Shown: one piece after another, positions 1 to 9,517 of the stretch
Layout of the letters: each line of letters opens with the position of its first letter
How positions within the stretch are numbered: position 1 is the first letter of the stretch
Assembly (NCBI GenBank): GCA_043757615.1
Contig: JAYVPA010000210.1
Coordinates: forward strand, 1-43,686
Length of the DNA: 43,686 nucleotides
Reading direction: 5' to 3'
From: Sphingobacteriales bacterium
Lineage (GTDB): Bacteria; Bacteroidota; Bacteroidia; Chitinophagales; JADIYW01
Made by a program: the position numbers and the translations under genes
Notes under the pieces: model-generated
The model's input: only the letters and a program-made list of their open reading frames with translations
Told to the model about the DNA's origin: nothing
Databases searched by the model: none

Positions 1-1377
1 ATTCAGCATATCCAGACCCATATCATTCAAATAACTTGTGTCTAAATAATTTATCGCTTCGTGATTTTTTTGTCTTAAATATAATTCCCGAAAATAAGCT
101 GCACCAATCATTCCGCCGGAAGCACCTGTCATCAACATGGTATGGTCGAATAATCTTTTATTCGTTCGTTTCTCTAATTCCTGTAGCAAATGAAATGTCC
201 AATATGTTGCTTTTAAGCCGCCACCTGATGTATTAATAAAAATCATTTTAGGTTTTTCTTCCCCATATTTATTCAACACATTACGGTGCCAGTTATTTAA
301 TATTTTTGTGGTAGAATTAATATCTGCGTTTACCATGTCTTTATTCACCGCATCATTTACAACCTCATTATTATAATCTATATTACCTGAAGTATAATCC
401 ATTCCGTACAGCTTATGTTTGTATACGACTAAATCATATTGAGTCAGAATATTCAGTATGAAAAAGAAAAATATAACCACCATGGTCCGCCATGTGCGAA
501 ACCAATAAGATATGAATGAGAACAAAACAACGAAGACAGAAAACCCAAGAAAAATGGCTGAAGCTGCAGGTAACCTGAAATACGGATTATCAATTAATCT
601 ACCGAATGCTATAAGTGATATGACTGCCAAAAGTTGAAATACAATTGCATTTTTGTGATGCTGGTACAATACTTTGTCAACTAATTTGCTATCATAAAAA
701 TCTACTTTTCTGACAAATTTTATCTTAAACGGAAAAGTCAGAAAAATCTCTACAGGCCATTGTGAATGATCGCCTCTGTCTAACTGCAATTTATCAAGTC
801 TTATTTTCTTACCGACTAAAGAGCTTTTAGCTTTATCGCTGAGCTTGCTTAAAAATTTTTCTACATCATGATTAAAGAATACAAAAAACAAACTTGTGAA
901 AATAACCATTAATATATTTCCTGCTAGCAATGCAAATATATTCAGCACAATTTTTCCGGCAGGAACCAATGCTTCCGTATGCTGAAACTTCACCAGTTGT
1001 ATAATATATATTACAGTAAACGCTAATGGAATCAGGCAATTATTCAGGCAAAACTGAACAAACGGATTCACTAAGGATGCGAGAAATTCGAAACGGTAAC
1101 TATTCAACACATAGAACGACATATTCCACGCCATGAAAAATCCGCCCATAGTAAAGCCGACTATCAGAAAACTAAGAAAATTGACATTGCCTAAATATTC
1201 AGGGTCTAAAAACAATAATGGAATGCCATAACTGGCACCATAAAGCTGCAGAATTGATGTGAATAAAACTATCCAGAATAATAGAACAAACAGATGTTTT
1301 TTTACGTGTAAGAATAATAGTTGTACAGGAAAACTGTAAAACGCATAATGCAGATACCGGGAAAATTTCTTTTTCAC
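1..1377 (-). CDS. Patatin/cPLA2-like phospholipase with a large N-terminal multi-TM domain (partial, runs off the window's left edge)
   Basis: Absent from the ORF track because there is no stop inside the window. Manual translation from the GTG at 1377 gives MKKKFSRYLHYAFYSFPVQLLFLHVKKHLFVLLFW... In the same frame near 240-61 it reads FINTSGGGLKATYW...MLMTGASGGMIGAAYFRELY, i.e. the GGGxK oxyanion motif and the GxSxG nucleophile motif. Confidence 0.8.
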   Translation of the reverse strand, partial: MKKKFSRYLHYAFYSFPVQLLFLHVKKHLFVLLFWIVLFTSILQLYGASYGIPLLFLDPEYLGNVNFLSFLIVGFTMGGFFMAWNMSFYVLNSYRFEFLASLVNPFVQFCLNNCLIPLAFTVIYIIQLVKFQHTEALVPAGKIVLNIFALLAGNILMVIFTSLFFVFFNHDVEKFLSKLSDKAKSSLVGKKIRLDKLQLDRGDHSQWPVEIFLTFPFKIKFVRKVDFYDSKLVDKVLYQHHKNAIVFQLLAVISLIAFGRLIDNPYFRLPAASAIFLGFSVFVVLFSFISYWFRTWRTMVVIFFFFILNILTQYDLVVYKHKLYGMDYTSGNIDYNNEVVNDAVNKDMVNADINSTTKILNNWHRNVLNKYGEEKPKMIFINTSGGGLKATYWTFHLLQELEKRTNKRLFDHTMLMTGASGGMIGAAYFRELYLRQKNHEAINYLDTSYLNDMGLDMLN

Positions 1378-1435
1378 TACAACAAGTTACAGGAAAAAAA
1401 ATAACAGGAAAAAGTAAGTTATAAAAATATGTGCA

Positions 1436-2914
1436 TTATTGAAACACGTAAGTTCCGCAATCTGTAGGATTTGCCGAACGGGCAAAACCATCTATGTCCT
1501 TTGACGGGTAACTGCTGGTACTAAAACTTCTGCAGGGTGAGGTAGCTTTCAGATGAAAATTATTCTTGTATACATCTTTAAATTGTGGATCATCAGTCTT
1601 ACAGGTAAGAAAAACAGGCGGATTCAGCGCTGCTTGTGTTTTTACGACACAATGGTCAAATGCCAGGATTATTGCTATCGGATTATTGGTAATATCATCT
1701 TTTATAATTTCCTCTTCTAATGTTCCATACACAATACAATTTTCAAATTTTGCAGTTGCAACATCGGCAAACAGATAAGTGCTTTCGTCTAATTTAAAAT
1801 AATCATTTATGTAAAACAAAGGGTCTTTTGAGTGTGAAACATAAGCACCGCTTCTAGCGTAAAACGTACAATTTAAAAAATGATAATCACCGCCGTCGTA
1901 CAAACCAACTACATTTTTACCGCAATTATAAATCAATGTATTTTCTGCATAGATCTTTCCTAAGAATCCAAACAAACCATAAAATGCGTTATTATAAATT
2001 TTAGAATTATTTATAGTAACTATTGGTGCATTCGCGATATTCATTGCCTGTAATGCAGCAAGATTCTCTGTAGGATTATCAGATATTTTTATATTGCCGA
2101 CATTGATTCCATACGATGAATTACGCATATTAAAATATTCAAAATTTCCTGTACTGCCGCGCAAAAAGAACACACCTGCATACTGACCGGGAAAATCATC
2201 ATAAGATCTGTCGGCAATATCTTTATCTAAACGCACACCACGAAACGTCACCATATGTGAAGTGTCTGTTCCCGCTACATTCAAATTTCCTTCTACTAAT
2301 AATGCCGCACCACCACCAAAATAGACCTTGCAGTTTGAATTGATTGTCAGAGAAGCGCCTTGTTTTATTTGCAGGTAATTTAAAATCACATAAGGCAAAT
2401 CATCATTCCAAATAGTATTATTTACTATAGAATCTCCATTGAAAAAATGTGCATTTTGTCCGTATGCGTTTAACTGCACCTGCTGCAGATTTCCATTCGT
2501 TAAAAACTGAACAGAATCTTCTAAAATGAAAGGCAGGTTTGCTGCATTCGGATTGATGGTTACTTCTACAAAAACATACAAACTATCTTTTGCCGGAATT
2601 TCAACATCGTTAAAAGAAGTGCCTGCATCACCATCAACGTTTATTCTGTAAGACGAAGCTGCACCGCCTGCTAATCTTATGTTAGAAATTTTTATAGGTT
2701 GTTTTAATGTATTTCTTATTGTAAAAAATCTCGTGGTAGAACCTAATGACGTGAACAAGGTATCAAACGTAAGTGTGTCCGTTGAAAATGAAATACCGGA
2801 GGATGTATTGAATTGTTCTTTTTTACAGGAAGAAAGGGTGACTGACAATAGTAAAGCAATGCCAAACAGAATTTGAAAATTTGATGATTTGAAAATTTGA
2901 TAACTGTGTTTCAT
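1436..2914 (-). CDS. Hypothetical lipoprotein with an Ig-like N-domain and a right-handed parallel beta-helix C-domain
   Basis: 492-aa ORF with lipobox LSSC followed by KKE. Asn/Gly-rich beta-helix-like repeats (INNSKIYNN, AENTLIYN, FLNCTF, FENCIVYG) and a C-terminal DPQF...FHLKATSPC...DCGTY motif typical of beta-helix proteins. Confidence 0.65.
   Translation of the reverse strand: MKHSYQIFKSSNFQILFGIALLLSVTLSSCKKEQFNTSSGISFSTDTLTFDTLFTSLGSTTRFFTIRNTLKQPIKISNIRLAGGAASSYRINVDGDAGTSFNDVEIPAKDSLYVFVEVTINPNAANLPFILEDSVQFLTNGNLQQVQLNAYGQNAHFFNGDSIVNNTIWNDDLPYVILNYLQIKQGASLTINSNCKVYFGGGAALLVEGNLNVAGTDTSHMVTFRGVRLDKDIADRSYDDFPGQYAGVFFLRGSTGNFEYFNMRNSSYGINVGNIKISDNPTENLAALQAMNIANAPIVTINNSKIYNNAFYGLFGFLGKIYAENTLIYNCGKNVVGLYDGGDYHFLNCTFYARSGAYVSHSKDPLFYINDYFKLDESTYLFADVATAKFENCIVYGTLEEEIIKDDITNNPIAIILAFDHCVVKTQAALNPPVFLTCKTDDPQFKDVYKNNFHLKATSPCRSFSTSSYPSKDIDGFARSANPTDCGTYVFQ
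2871..2902. repeat. Tandem 8-mer repeat ATTTGAAA/ATTTGATR x4 inside a signal-peptide coding region
   Basis: Read directly: atttgaaa atttgatg atttgaaa atttgata. Confidence 0.75.
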
Positions 2915-2922
2915 ATACTAAA

Positions 2923-2930
2923 CAAAGATA
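2923..2930 (-). promoter_or_regulatory. Bacteroidota primary sigma -7 element (TATCTTTG)
   Basis: Exact TAnnTTTG match 8 nt upstream of the ATG at 2914. Confidence 0.6.
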
Positions 2931-2939
2931 AATTTTTTA

Positions 2940-3081
2940 AACCACATAGACACATAGCACTCATATTTATCTATTTTAAAAGAAATACATAATTTCACAT
3001 AGTCTGTTCCATCAAAGATGAACACTATATTTCTCTATATTAATCTTATTTTACAGTTATAAGCTATTTGTCTATGTGGTT
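2940..3081. mobile_element. MITE/REP-like element, copy 1 (~142 bp, terminal inverted repeats)
   Basis: Left end AACCACATAGACACATAG (2940-2957) and right end CTATTTGTCTATGTGGTT (3064-3081) match 17/18 as inverted repeats. There are nested inner inverted units and a central hairpin at 3005-3024. Confidence 0.65.
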
Positions 3082-3781
3082 ATAGGACACAAGCAATAGT
3101 AACAATACTGACTTTACAATTACTGTTTTCCAGAATGGTTTGCGCGCAGGCTTCCAGAGTTGCGCCGGTTGTCAATACATCATCAATTAATAAAATATGT
3201 TTGTGTTCCAGTACTTTCGGTTTTTTTATTATAAATGCGTTCTCTACATTTTCCCAACGTTCCGCTCTCGTTTTTTTTGTTTGTGTTTCCGTGTTGATAT
3301 TTCTTGAAACCAGATTCGTCATTAATTCTACATTCAACACTTCATTTATACCTTCTGCAAATAATTCACTTTGGTTATAGCCGCGCAAATGCTGTTTTTG
3401 CGGATGCAGCGGAACCGGAATTATAGTTGTAACGTCTTTTAAGTATGGATTATTTTGTAAACGTTCACCAAAAATTTTACCGACAAAAACGGCCAGTTCT
3501 TTTTGTTCATTATATTTTATATTGTGCATGATATTCTGCACTTTTTCGCCTTTTGAAAAGAATAATAAGGAAGTCGCAAACTCAATATTTACCCTGCCAT
3601 GAAATACTTTCTCTACGGGATTATTTTTGATAGTTTCAAAATTAGTGAATGGCAATTCCAGTCTGCAGTTCAAACACAGATGCTCTTCACCTTTTGCCAA
3701 CGGTGTATCACAGCCACCGCATAATTGCGGATAAAACAAACGGTAAAAATCTTTTGGATATTCGAGTAGTTCGGAAAGCAT
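3080..3781 (-). CDS. comF: ComF family protein (double zinc ribbon plus PRTase domain)
   Basis: CGGC...CLNC zinc ribbon, PVPLH...RGYNQS, and the PRPP-binding motif LIDDVLTTGAT. Confidence 0.9.
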   Translation of the reverse strand: MLSELLEYPKDFYRLFYPQLCGGCDTPLAKGEEHLCLNCRLELPFTNFETIKNNPVEKVFHGRVNIEFATSLLFFSKGEKVQNIMHNIKYNEQKELAVFVGKIFGERLQNNPYLKDVTTIIPVPLHPQKQHLRGYNQSELFAEGINEVLNVELMTNLVSRNINTETQTKKTRAERWENVENAFIIKKPKVLEHKHILLIDDVLTTGATLEACAQTILENSNCKVSIVTIACVL

Positions 3782-3841
3782 GTGTTAAGATAAAAAATAT
3801 TAGTAAATAGTTTAGTATATTTAAATTTAAAACGTATTTAC

Positions 3842-4570
3842 ATGAGAAATCTGATTTTATTTATATCCATATTTTCATTTCTGTCTATTTCTGCAGCAAA
3901 AGAAAATTCATTTTTTGTCGGAGTCAAAGCAAGTAACGGAAAATTTATTTCCAGGTATAAATATGAATATAGCGGATTAACCTCAACTGATAAAACAAAA
4001 AGATTTTACTCTGGAAACTATGTATTGTTTGGTGGAAAAATAAAAAATATAAGTATTTGTACCGGCTTAGGATATAATTTGTATGTTTTGAAAAATTCTT
4101 GGTTTTATCCCGATGACGTATTCAACACATCAAATAATAATAAAATAAATTATCACATAATCTCTATTCCATTGTATATCGATTATAATTTAAATATTTA
4201 TAAAAAGAAATTATTTGTAGTCTTTGGTGCTGGAATTGAATATAACTTAACGTTCAAAACTGTTGTTAAAAGAAAAGATTATCCATCTTTAAAAACTAAA
4301 TTTAGAGATTTAAACGATTATTTCAATCCTAATTCTTTGGTTATATCTTCAAGATTAGGATTTTTATATAATGTTACTAAAAGAATTGACATTTATTCTT
4401 CTTTTGATTTTGGTTATATGCCCTTAAGATATCTTCCTTATAGGAATAAATCTATTATTAGTTATAATAAAGAATTTAATTATACAATAAGTGGAAGTAT
4501 TGGTTTAAATGTAAAATTTGGAAAGAATATTAAGAAGGAAAAGAAAGTAAGTAATACTGTAAAATCTTAA
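3842..4570 (+). CDS. Outer-membrane beta-barrel protein (PorT/OMP_b-brl-like), hypothetical
   Basis: Signal peptide, alternating aromatic beta-strands, a Y(H)IISIPLYIDY motif typical of small Bacteroidota barrels, and a terminal strand SGSIGLNVKF followed by a basic tail. Confidence 0.6.
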   Translation: MRNLILFISIFSFLSISAAKENSFFVGVKASNGKFISRYKYEYSGLTSTDKTKRFYSGNYVLFGGKIKNISICTGLGYNLYVLKNSWFYPDDVFNTSNNNKINYHIISIPLYIDYNLNIYKKKLFVVFGAGIEYNLTFKTVVKRKDYPSLKTKFRDLNDYFNPNSLVISSRLGFLYNVTKRIDIYSSFDFGYMPLRYLPYRNKSIISYNKEFNYTISGSIGLNVKFGKNIKKEKKVSNTVKS

Positions 4571-4598
4571 AAAATAATATTAAATTATAATTTTCACA

Positions 4599-4626
4599 AG
4601 ATTTCTCACTACACTCAAAATTGACA
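4599..4626. repeat. Degenerate REP-like half element
   Basis: AGATTTCTCACTACACTCAAAATTGACA resembles ATTCCTCACTTCGTTCGGAATGACA at 40201-40225 and abuts the radA stop codon. Confidence 0.4.
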
Positions 4627-5970
4627 TTAGAAAAGCTTCTTATAAAATTCAGCTACAGTTTTTACCAGATTAATTTCAGCTTCGTTGCTGCTTACCTTTT
4701 GGTTGTATTTTGAAATGAAGATTTTTTCGTAGCCTAATTTACTGGCTTCCGCAACACGTTGTTCTACTTTATTCACCGCACGTATTTCACCACTCAACCC
4801 AACTTCACCACTAAAAGAAAATTTATTGCTAATTGCTACATCTTCATATGAAGACAATAAGGCTGCCACTACTGCTAAATCCACCGCAGGATCTTCCACA
4901 CGCAACCCGCCGGCAATATTCAGGAAAACATCTTTTGCACCAAAACGAAAGCCACATCGTTTATCCAGCACAGCCAATATCATTCCCAGTCTTCGCAAAT
5001 CATAACCGGTAGAACTTCGTTGCGGTGTGCCATATACAGCAGGACTTACCAATGCCTGCACTTCTACCAGCAACGCGCGCATACCTTCCATCGTAACTGC
5101 AATCGCTACGCCACTCACCTGCTCATCACGCTGCGTAATCAGCAATTCCGATGGATTCGTAACCGCACGCATACCATCGCCGCGCATTTCATAAATACCG
5201 AGTTCTGCGGTAGAACCAAAACGGTTTTTTTGTGTACGCAAAATTCTGTAATTATAATTCCGGTCACCTTCAAATTGCAACACCGTATCCACCATATGTT
5301 CCAGTAATTTCGGTCCGGCAATCGTGCCTTCTTTTGTAATATGACCAACTATAAAAACAGGCAGATTATTGCGCTTTGCATATTGCTGTATCACATGCGT
5401 TGCTTCACGAATCTGCGACACACTGCCCGCTGCAGATTCTATCAGCGATGTTTCCAAAGTCTGAATGGAATCTATTACTAACAATTGCGGCTGCACATGT
5501 TCTATCTGCTGCATGATTGATTCAACGGAAGTTTCTGTATAGACAAAAATATCCGGGTTGGTTTGTTTGATTCTGTCGGCGCGCATTTTCAATTGCTGTT
5601 CGCTTTCTTCACCTGAAACATATAATGTTTTCAAGCCTTTCGTTTGCAACACAACTTGAAGCAATAATGTAGATTTTCCGATACCGGGTTCACCGCCAAT
5701 TAAAATTAAAGAGCCTGGAACTATGCCGCCACCCAACACACGATTCAGTTCTGAATCAGAAGTGATGATGCGTTGTCTGTTCTCATTAGAAATTTCCTGT
5801 AATAATTGTGGTTTTGTCTTCGTGACGACAGGTTTGTTCGCAGAAGATTTAGTTTCAATAATTTCTTCCACAAAGGTGTTCCATTCACCGCAATTATTGC
5901 ATTTCCCCATCCATTTCGGAGAGTTCGTACCGCAATTCTGACAAATAAAGATGGTCTTTGTTTTAGACAT
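4627..5970 (-). CDS. radA: DNA repair protein RadA/Sms
   Basis: CQNCG...CNNCGEW zinc finger, Walker A GEPGIGKST, KNRFG motif and Lon-like C-terminus. Start moved to MSKTKTIF (ATG at 5970). Confidence 0.97.
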   Translation of the reverse strand: MSKTKTIFICQNCGTNSPKWMGKCNNCGEWNTFVEEIIETKSSANKPVVTKTKPQLLQEISNENRQRIITSDSELNRVLGGGIVPGSLILIGGEPGIGKSTLLLQVVLQTKGLKTLYVSGEESEQQLKMRADRIKQTNPDIFVYTETSVESIMQQIEHVQPQLLVIDSIQTLETSLIESAAGSVSQIREATHVIQQYAKRNNLPVFIVGHITKEGTIAGPKLLEHMVDTVLQFEGDRNYNYRILRTQKNRFGSTAELGIYEMRGDGMRAVTNPSELLITQRDEQVSGVAIAVTMEGMRALLVEVQALVSPAVYGTPQRSSTGYDLRRLGMILAVLDKRCGFRFGAKDVFLNIAGGLRVEDPAVDLAVVAALLSSYEDVAISNKFSFSGEVGLSGEIRAVNKVEQRVAEASKLGYEKIFISKYNQKVSSNEAEINLVKTVAEFYKKLF

Positions 5971-6033
5971 TTGTGTAAAGATAAGCATGTAAATTGGGAA
6001 ATAGAAAACTGATATTTGTTGTAATCTATTTTT

Positions 6034-7002
6034 ATGCAAAAATTTATCATTTCCATATTGGCTGTCGTATTGTTTACAAGTTGTGTTACACAAAAAAAAT
6101 ACGATGATTTATTAAATGACTATCTGAATTCAGAAGTAAAAAACAAATTCTTAAATCAGAGCTTTGATTCCTTAAAAACAGATTGTATTACAAAAAATAC
6201 AAGCTTGGAATCTCAGTTGGAACAATCAAGAGCAGATTCTACGGAACTGACCAATCTTATTGAATCCATGAAAAAAGAAATGGATGCGCAGGCCGCACAA
6301 TTTTCAAAAGCTCAACAGGAATATTTACAAAAGCTGAAGGATGCCGGCGATAAAAATCAAAAAACGAATGCTGAGTTAATTCAGATGCAACTTGATTTAG
6401 AAAGACAAAAAATTGCCTTACAACAAAAAGAAGCTGACTTAAAAAAAGCGAATGCTGACTTAATAACTCGTGAAGCAAAAATAACGGAACTCAATAAATT
6501 ATTAACGGAACAAAAAACAAAAGCGGATGCCTTACGTGATGCTATCAAAAAAGCACTAACAGATTTTTCTGCAGGTGAACTAAGCGTATATACCAAAGAC
6601 GGAAAAGTCTATGTTTCGATGTCTGATAAATTATTATTCAAATCAGGCTCTACAACGGTGGAAAGCAAAGGTGTTGATGCTTTAGGAAAATTATCTGATG
6701 TCATCAAGAAAAATCCTGATATCCAGGTAAATATCGAAGGTCATACTGATAATGTTCCATATGGCTCGAACGGTGGGCTGATAAAAGACAACTGGGATTT
6801 GAGTCTGATGCGTTCCAGCAGTGTATTGCATATTTTAACAGATAAATACACCGTCAGTACCAAACAAGTGATTGCATCCGGTCGCGGTGAATTTTTCCCT
6901 ATAGAAAGCAATTCCACATCTGATGGAAGAGCACGCAACAGAAGAACTGAAATTATTTTAGCGCCTAAAGTGGATAAACTATTAAATCTGCTCGGTGAAT
7001 AA
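6034..7002 (+). CDS. OmpA/MotB-family lipoprotein with a long coiled coil
   Basis: Lipobox FTSC, ~150-aa heptad region, and a peptidoglycan-binding domain (IEGHTDNVP, NWDLS, RARNRRTEI). Confidence 0.88.
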   Translation: MQKFIISILAVVLFTSCVTQKKYDDLLNDYLNSEVKNKFLNQSFDSLKTDCITKNTSLESQLEQSRADSTELTNLIESMKKEMDAQAAQFSKAQQEYLQKLKDAGDKNQKTNAELIQMQLDLERQKIALQQKEADLKKANADLITREAKITELNKLLTEQKTKADALRDAIKKALTDFSAGELSVYTKDGKVYVSMSDKLLFKSGSTTVESKGVDALGKLSDVIKKNPDIQVNIEGHTDNVPYGSNGGLIKDNWDLSLMRSSSVLHILTDKYTVSTKQVIASGRGEFFPIESNSTSDGRARNRRTEIILAPKVDKLLNLLGE

Positions 7003-7148
7003 AATCGTATATTAAGAATATTGCTATAAAATTTGTGATTATTCCTTATTAATAGCGTTATTCTCAACTATAGTTTTATCTGTGAAAAAGTATTTACTTA
7101 AAAAAATGCTTCCTTTACGTTTAAAATTTTATTTTTATCTTCCGAAAA

Positions 7149-7985
7149 ATGGCTAAAATAACCGACAGCACTGAAAAGAAAGAAATGGGCTTCTTCGATC
7201 ATATCGAAGCTCTGCGCTGGCACATCATGCGTTCAGCTATTGCAGTTGTGGCATTTGCACTAATCGCTTTCACACAAAAAAAATTCATGTTCGATTTTTT
7301 ATTATTCGGACCAACGCGTGCGGATTTTCCAACGAACAAACTTTTTTGCTGGCTGGAATCACAGTCCGCTTTCTTTAAGGGTTTATGTATTCAGGATGCA
7401 AAGTTTGAATTTATAAATACAGACATCACAGGTCAATTTATGTTACATATACAAATGGCCATGTATGTTGGCGGTATCGCTGCATTTCCGTATATTTTCT
7501 GGGAATTATGGCGCTTTGTAAAACCTGCATTACACGAACGTGAAATCAAAAATACACGTGGGATTGTTTTGGTTACTTCTTTATTATTTACAATCGGATG
7601 CTGTTTTGGATATTTTATTATCGCACCCTTTTCCATCAACTTTTTAATACAGTATCAGGCTACCTCAATTGTAAAAAACCTGATTGATATAAACAGTTAT
7701 ATCGGCTTATTAATTACCATGACAATCCCAACAGGTATTTTATTTGAATTACCTATGCTGGTATTTTTACTGACAAAACTTGGGATACTCACACCAGCTT
7801 TCATGCGTAATGGCAGAAAGATTGCCTATATCGCCATTTTAATTATAGTTGCCATTATTACACCACAAGGTGACATCACCAGTTTATTACTTATATCTAC
7901 ACCTATCTTCGTTTTATACGAATTGAGTATCAGTGTATCAAACAGAGTATATAAACAACGCGTAAAAGAAGAAGAATTTAATTAG
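7149..7985 (+). CDS. tatC: Twin-arginine translocase subunit TatC
   Basis: EMGFFDHIEALRWHI, ELWRFVKPALH, FELP and IITP motifs with multiple TM helices. Confidence 0.95.
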   Translation: MAKITDSTEKKEMGFFDHIEALRWHIMRSAIAVVAFALIAFTQKKFMFDFLLFGPTRADFPTNKLFCWLESQSAFFKGLCIQDAKFEFINTDITGQFMLHIQMAMYVGGIAAFPYIFWELWRFVKPALHEREIKNTRGIVLVTSLLFTIGCCFGYFIIAPFSINFLIQYQATSIVKNLIDINSYIGLLITMTIPTGILFELPMLVFLLTKLGILTPAFMRNGRKIAYIAILIIVAIITPQGDITSLLLISTPIFVLYELSISVSNRVYKQRVKEEEFN

Positions 7986-8665
7986 ACTTTTTTTCGGAAA
8001 GTCAGAATACCTTTCGCAATCATTAATTGCGCCAGAATGTATGTAGTCATAATAGCAATTCGGGCAAACTCAAATGGTTTGTAAAACAAATTTATTGCAA
8101 TCCATGAATCGGAAATAATAAAAAGAATAGCTCCGATGAATACCATATGAAAGGAATTAGTGTTCACCATATTTTTTCTGTTATATGCAGCCATCAGCAT
8201 AAAAGTTATAAGGATACCATATATAGTTACAGGAAGTTTCATAGCGCCTAAGGTCGGATATAATAATTTCAGTAATAAAAAAAGATATAGTAAAAACGGT
8301 AACACTAAAAAAGGATTTTCAATAATCACCGTTGCTTTCTTTTTAGATTTTACTTCTTTAATAAAATGAGTTATATAATTTGCATGACCAATCAAGAAAG
8401 AAACCAATCCGCATATAAAAAACAACTTTGCATTTGGATTTTGTTCGTTTCGTGGAAACATCAGGAATATATCTCCAAACCAGGAAAACAATAAAGCCAG
8501 ATAAATAAATTTATATTGTTTTACATTTTTGGACTCCTGATAAAAATACAGAGCCAGGAATGGCATCAGTAAAAATTTAGTGATATAGTTGATATACGTT
8601 AAGCCTAGATACTCGGCAATAATATTTACAATTCCATCTATGATATACAAAAGCAATAAAATCAT
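7982..8665 (-). CDS. YhhN family lysoplasmalogenase
   Basis: TKFLLMP, FSWFGDIFL, GLVSFLIGH, FIISDSWIA and TYILAQ motifs. Confidence 0.88.
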   Translation of the reverse strand: MILLLLYIIDGIVNIIAEYLGLTYINYITKFLLMPFLALYFYQESKNVKQYKFIYLALLFSWFGDIFLMFPRNEQNPNAKLFFICGLVSFLIGHANYITHFIKEVKSKKKATVIIENPFLVLPFLLYLFLLLKLLYPTLGAMKLPVTIYGILITFMLMAAYNRKNMVNTNSFHMVFIGAILFIISDSWIAINLFYKPFEFARIAIMTTYILAQLMIAKGILTFRKKV

Positions 8666-8713
8666 ACTTTTAAATTTAGTGAAAAAATCAATACTATCTG
8701 CTATTTTTACAAT

Positions 8714-9517
8714 ATGAACGTACTTATCATTGGCGGTGGAAATATGGGCAGAAGTTTTGCCGAAAGCTTTTTAAATGCCAAGATTCTCACACATAGGCAA
8801 CTTACTGTTATTGAAAGGGATCATGCGCAGATTTCAGAATTAAACCGTATGAAACTCGGGCAGGTGTATAATGAATTTGGTGATTTTATTATAGACAAAG
8901 ATTTAATTATCCTTGCTGTAAAGCCACAGGATGCTTATTCCATGTATCCAAAATTAAAGCCGTTCATTCAGGAAAAACATATCATCCTGACAATTATGGC
9001 TGGTGTGAAAATAAAAGAAGTAGAACAGCAACTTGGCACAAATAAAGTGATTCGGTCCATGCCGAATTTAGCATGCCAGGTAGGTTTGGGCGTTACAGGC
9101 TTTATGGTTTCTGAAACTATACCGCAAAAAGATACTGATTTTGTACGCAAGCTTCTAGAGACTACGGGGATCTCAATTCAATTGTACGATGAAGATAAGC
9201 TAAATGCCATAACTGCTGTTTCCGGTAGTGGCCCTGCATATATTTTTTATTTTATGGATGCCATGATTCAGAAAACAATGGAATATGGTTTTTCATTAAC
9301 AGAAGCATCCAAAATGGTAGAACAGACATTTTTAGGAGCTGTAGAATTATACAAAGTAAATGATTTATCATGCAAAGAATGGATAGACAAAGTAGCATCT
9401 AAAGGCGGAACTACTGAAGCTGCACTTAAACATTTTGGAAATGCAACCGTGTGTTTAAATATTCAAAAAGGCATGGACGATGCCATGCAAAGAAGCAGAG
9501 ACTTGAGTAAAGGATAA
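8714..9517 (+). CDS. proC: Pyrroline-5-carboxylate reductase
   Basis: GGGNMG, LAVKPQ, RSMPN, TAVSGSGPAY and VASKGGTT motifs. Confidence 0.95.
   Translation: MNVLIIGGGNMGRSFAESFLNAKILTHRQLTVIERDHAQISELNRMKLGQVYNEFGDFIIDKDLIILAVKPQDAYSMYPKLKPFIQEKHIILTIMAGVKIKEVEQQLGTNKVIRSMPNLACQVGLGVTGFMVSETIPQKDTDFVRKLLETTGISIQLYDEDKLNAITAVSGSGPAYIFYFMDAMIQKTMEYGFSLTEASKMVEQTFLGAVELYKVNDLSCKEWIDKVASKGGTTEAALKHFGNATVCLNIQKGMDDAMQRSRDLSKG

Noticed and set aside
1385-1415. ACAGGAAAAA direct repeat upstream of the patatin gene
   Set aside because: It is low complexity and short, so there is insufficient support for an operator.
3080-5970. comF plus radA as a competence operon
   Set aside because: Both genes are widespread housekeeping genes, are separated by an opposite-strand gene, and have no other DNA-uptake genes nearby.
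5971-6093. N-terminal extension of radA overlapping the OmpA gene; similarly the long starts listed for DUF4271, hemW, uvrC, FMO, the metallophosphoesterase and exbD
   Set aside because: These are ORF-caller artefacts from upstream start codons. Family-typical N-termini begin at downstream ATGs.
6034-7002. Flagellar motor MotB
   Set aside because: It is a lipoprotein without the MotB TM-Asp segment, and no motA or flagellar genes are nearby. This is a common Bacteroidota OmpA-domain protein.
7015-7064. Imperfect inverted repeat AGAATATTGCTAT / ATAGCGTTATTCT between the OmpA gene and tatC
   Set aside because: It is AT-rich with two mismatches, a 24-nt loop and no U-tract, so it cannot be distinguished from chance.
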